Part shown: positions 25,467 to 26,653 of the stretch, piece after piece
How positions within the stretch are numbered: the first letter of the stretch is position 1
Layout: the number at the start of each line of letters is the position of its first letter
Assembly (NCBI GenBank): GCA_035357435.1
Contig: DAOPNM010000004.1
Span: 1-26,653 of the forward strand
From: an archaeon
GTDB lineage: Archaea > Iainarchaeota > Iainarchaeia > Iainarchaeales > CSSED10-239
Length of the DNA: 26,653 nucleotides
Reading direction: 5' to 3'
The notes under the pieces: model-generated
Told to the model about the DNA's origin: nothing
The model's database searches: none
The model's input: the letters and a program-made list of their open reading frames with translations, nothing else
Made by a program: the position numbers and the translations under genes

Positions 25467-26653
25467 TTATCTTTTAGAGGCTTTAGAAATATCTGATTTT
25501 GAAGAGGATATAGTTGGAGTGGTATCACTTGATGTTGCCTGTAAAACTTTTAAACCATTGCTGTCTTTGATAACTATTGGAACTGGAGAAATATCTGTGT
25601 GTATTGGAACATTTGGCTTTTTTATTTTAATTTCTGATTGAGAAGGAGTTACAGACATTCCTTTTATTGTAATTGTTGAGGTGGCAGTGGATTGCAACAA
25701 AGTGGTTGAATCTTTTATCTTTAAAGTAATGACTCTTGTCTTTGGAGTTAAACTTGTTAAACCTAGTTGCTTAGGAGTTGCTGTGAAATTACATTGCTCA
25801 GATATTGGGTTTGTTTGATTGTCTGAATACCATTTACAAGATATATTACCAACATTGTTTATGTAACCTGCTGTGAAGGCAATTGGTTCTGTTTGATTAA
25901 ATATAGAACCAGATATTGGGGAAGATATATAAGCTGTTAAAAATCCTTGTGGATCTATACCTACACCATAATCTATAATAATATTTACAGAATCTGATGC
26001 TTCATGATAACTGTCTGTTAGTTTCAAAGTGATTGTATGGGAACCTACTGACATGTTTAGATGTTCAGGGGTTCTCTGAAATGTACATAGGGAATTAAAT
26101 GGGGTTGTTGAATCATCTAAATACCATTTACAACTATATGAACCAACTGCGTTTTGATGAGTTTCTGTAAAGCTTAATATTTGGTTTCTTGGATAGATCT
26201 CTCCTTCGTGGGGAGATGTTATTTGTACTTCTAATGGATATTCTATAATGTTTACATCACTTACACTTGTTATTACTTCTCGTCCTAGAGAATCTTTTAG
26301 CTTTAATGTGATTTCTTGTATACCTTGTGAAATACCTAAATTATATGGACTATTTGTAAAGTTACATGCTTGAGAAATTAGATTACCTTGATAATACCAA
26401 TTACAATCTACATTTCCAACATTGTTGTTATGAGTTTCTGTAAAAGAAATATTGCTATAATAATTATAAGTGTTTCCTGAAATAGGTGATGTGATTTGTA
26501 CTTCTAATGGAAGTGGAAGAACTTCAATAGTTACTTGGGCTGTTGATGTTTGATTGGAATATTCATCTTTCACTGTTAAGTTTAAAGTAACATTACCTAC
26601 TGGAAGATTAAGAGCTTGAGGAGTATTTGTAAAATTACAATCTGTACTTATGG
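25467..26653 (-). CDS. surface/secreted repeat protein, 5'-truncated by the window edge (Ig-like ~91-aa repeats with a conserved Cys pair)
   Basis: The frame stays open from the GTG listed at 26573 to the window end, and the upstream residues (CNFTNTPQALNLPVGNVTLNLTVKD) continue the repeat. There are three full repeats plus one partial. Each has (L)EVQITSP.xG, SFTETH.N.VG..xC.WY, C.F...P..L and ITLKLxD. The 18-nt string ATTTGTACTTCTAATGGA recurs at 26221 and 26494, 273 nt apart. Confidence 0.8.
   Translation of the reverse strand, partial: ISTDCNFTNTPQALNLPVGNVTLNLTVKDEYSNQTSTAQVTIEVLPLPLEVQITSPISGNTYNYYSNISFTETHNNNVGNVDCNWYYQGNLISQACNFTNSPYNLGISQGIQEITLKLKDSLGREVITSVSDVNIIEYPLEVQITSPHEGEIYPRNQILSFTETHQNAVGSYSCKWYLDDSTTPFNSLCTFQRTPEHLNMSVGSHTITLKLTDSYHEASDSVNIIIDYGVGIDPQGFLTAYISSPISGSIFNQTEPIAFTAGYINNVGNISCKWYSDNQTNPISEQCNFTATPKQLGLTSLTPKTRVITLKIKDSTTLLQSTATSTITIKGMSVTPSQSEIKIKKPNVPIHTDISPVPIVIKDSNGLKVLQATSSDTTPTISSSKSDISKASKR

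Noticed and set aside
25067-25477. ORFs 25067..25252(+), 25141..25371(-), 25253..25477(+) around tRNA-Trp
   Set aside because: The first two run through the tRNA-Trp gene. The third starts at TTG, has no Shine-Dalgarno, and overlaps the stop of the repeat protein. Both 17-nt motif copies fall in its frame (VQDLM / AQDLM), which I noted. A basic 74-aa product with no family resemblance is not enough to call a gene.
1-26653. CRISPR arrays, transposases, integrases, toxin-antitoxin or other known defence modules
   Set aside because: I saw no regularly spaced direct repeats of 24-40 nt and no ORF with recombinase, transposase, nuclease-NTPase or TA-like signatures. The window is essentially core housekeeping plus two surface-protein genes.

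Overview
Very AT-rich, tightly packed archaeal chromosome segment. Archaeal identity rests on topoisomerase VI A+B, aIF-1A, aIF-2 beta, Hjc, archaeal DnaG, Pth2, Kae1, a RIO kinase with a Dim2-like KH protein, and a presenilin/SPP homologue. The AT bias, short spacers, overlapping genes and giant secreted proteins fit a small-genome DPANN-type archaeon, but that is inference only. I call 3 tRNAs (Thr-GGU, His-GUG with encoded G-1, Trp-CCA) and 25 CDSs. Most are housekeeping: translation factors, CysRS, a probable AsnRS, ribosome-biogenesis and DNA-topology genes. I see no CRISPR array, integrase, transposase or recognisable defence genes. Findings worth a second look, in rough order: (1) a 1275-aa signal-peptide protein whose C-terminus looks like a CHAP/NlpC-P60 Cys-His hydrolase, preceded by a weak lytic-transglycosylase-like motif, which may be an envelope-degrading or host-interaction effector. 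(2) A single ORF fusing an AsnB-type PP-loop synthetase domain to a Dph6/MJ0570-type diphthamide-synthase domain. (3) A 5'-truncated surface protein built of ~91-aa Cys-pair repeats. (4) A GC-containing 17-nt motif present three times, only in intergenic DNA. (5) ~42-nt imperfect inverted repeats bracketing the small DUF167 gene. (6) Orphan genes embedded in conserved translation and ribosome-biogenesis neighbourhoods. All family assignments come from motif recognition by eye; no searches were run.
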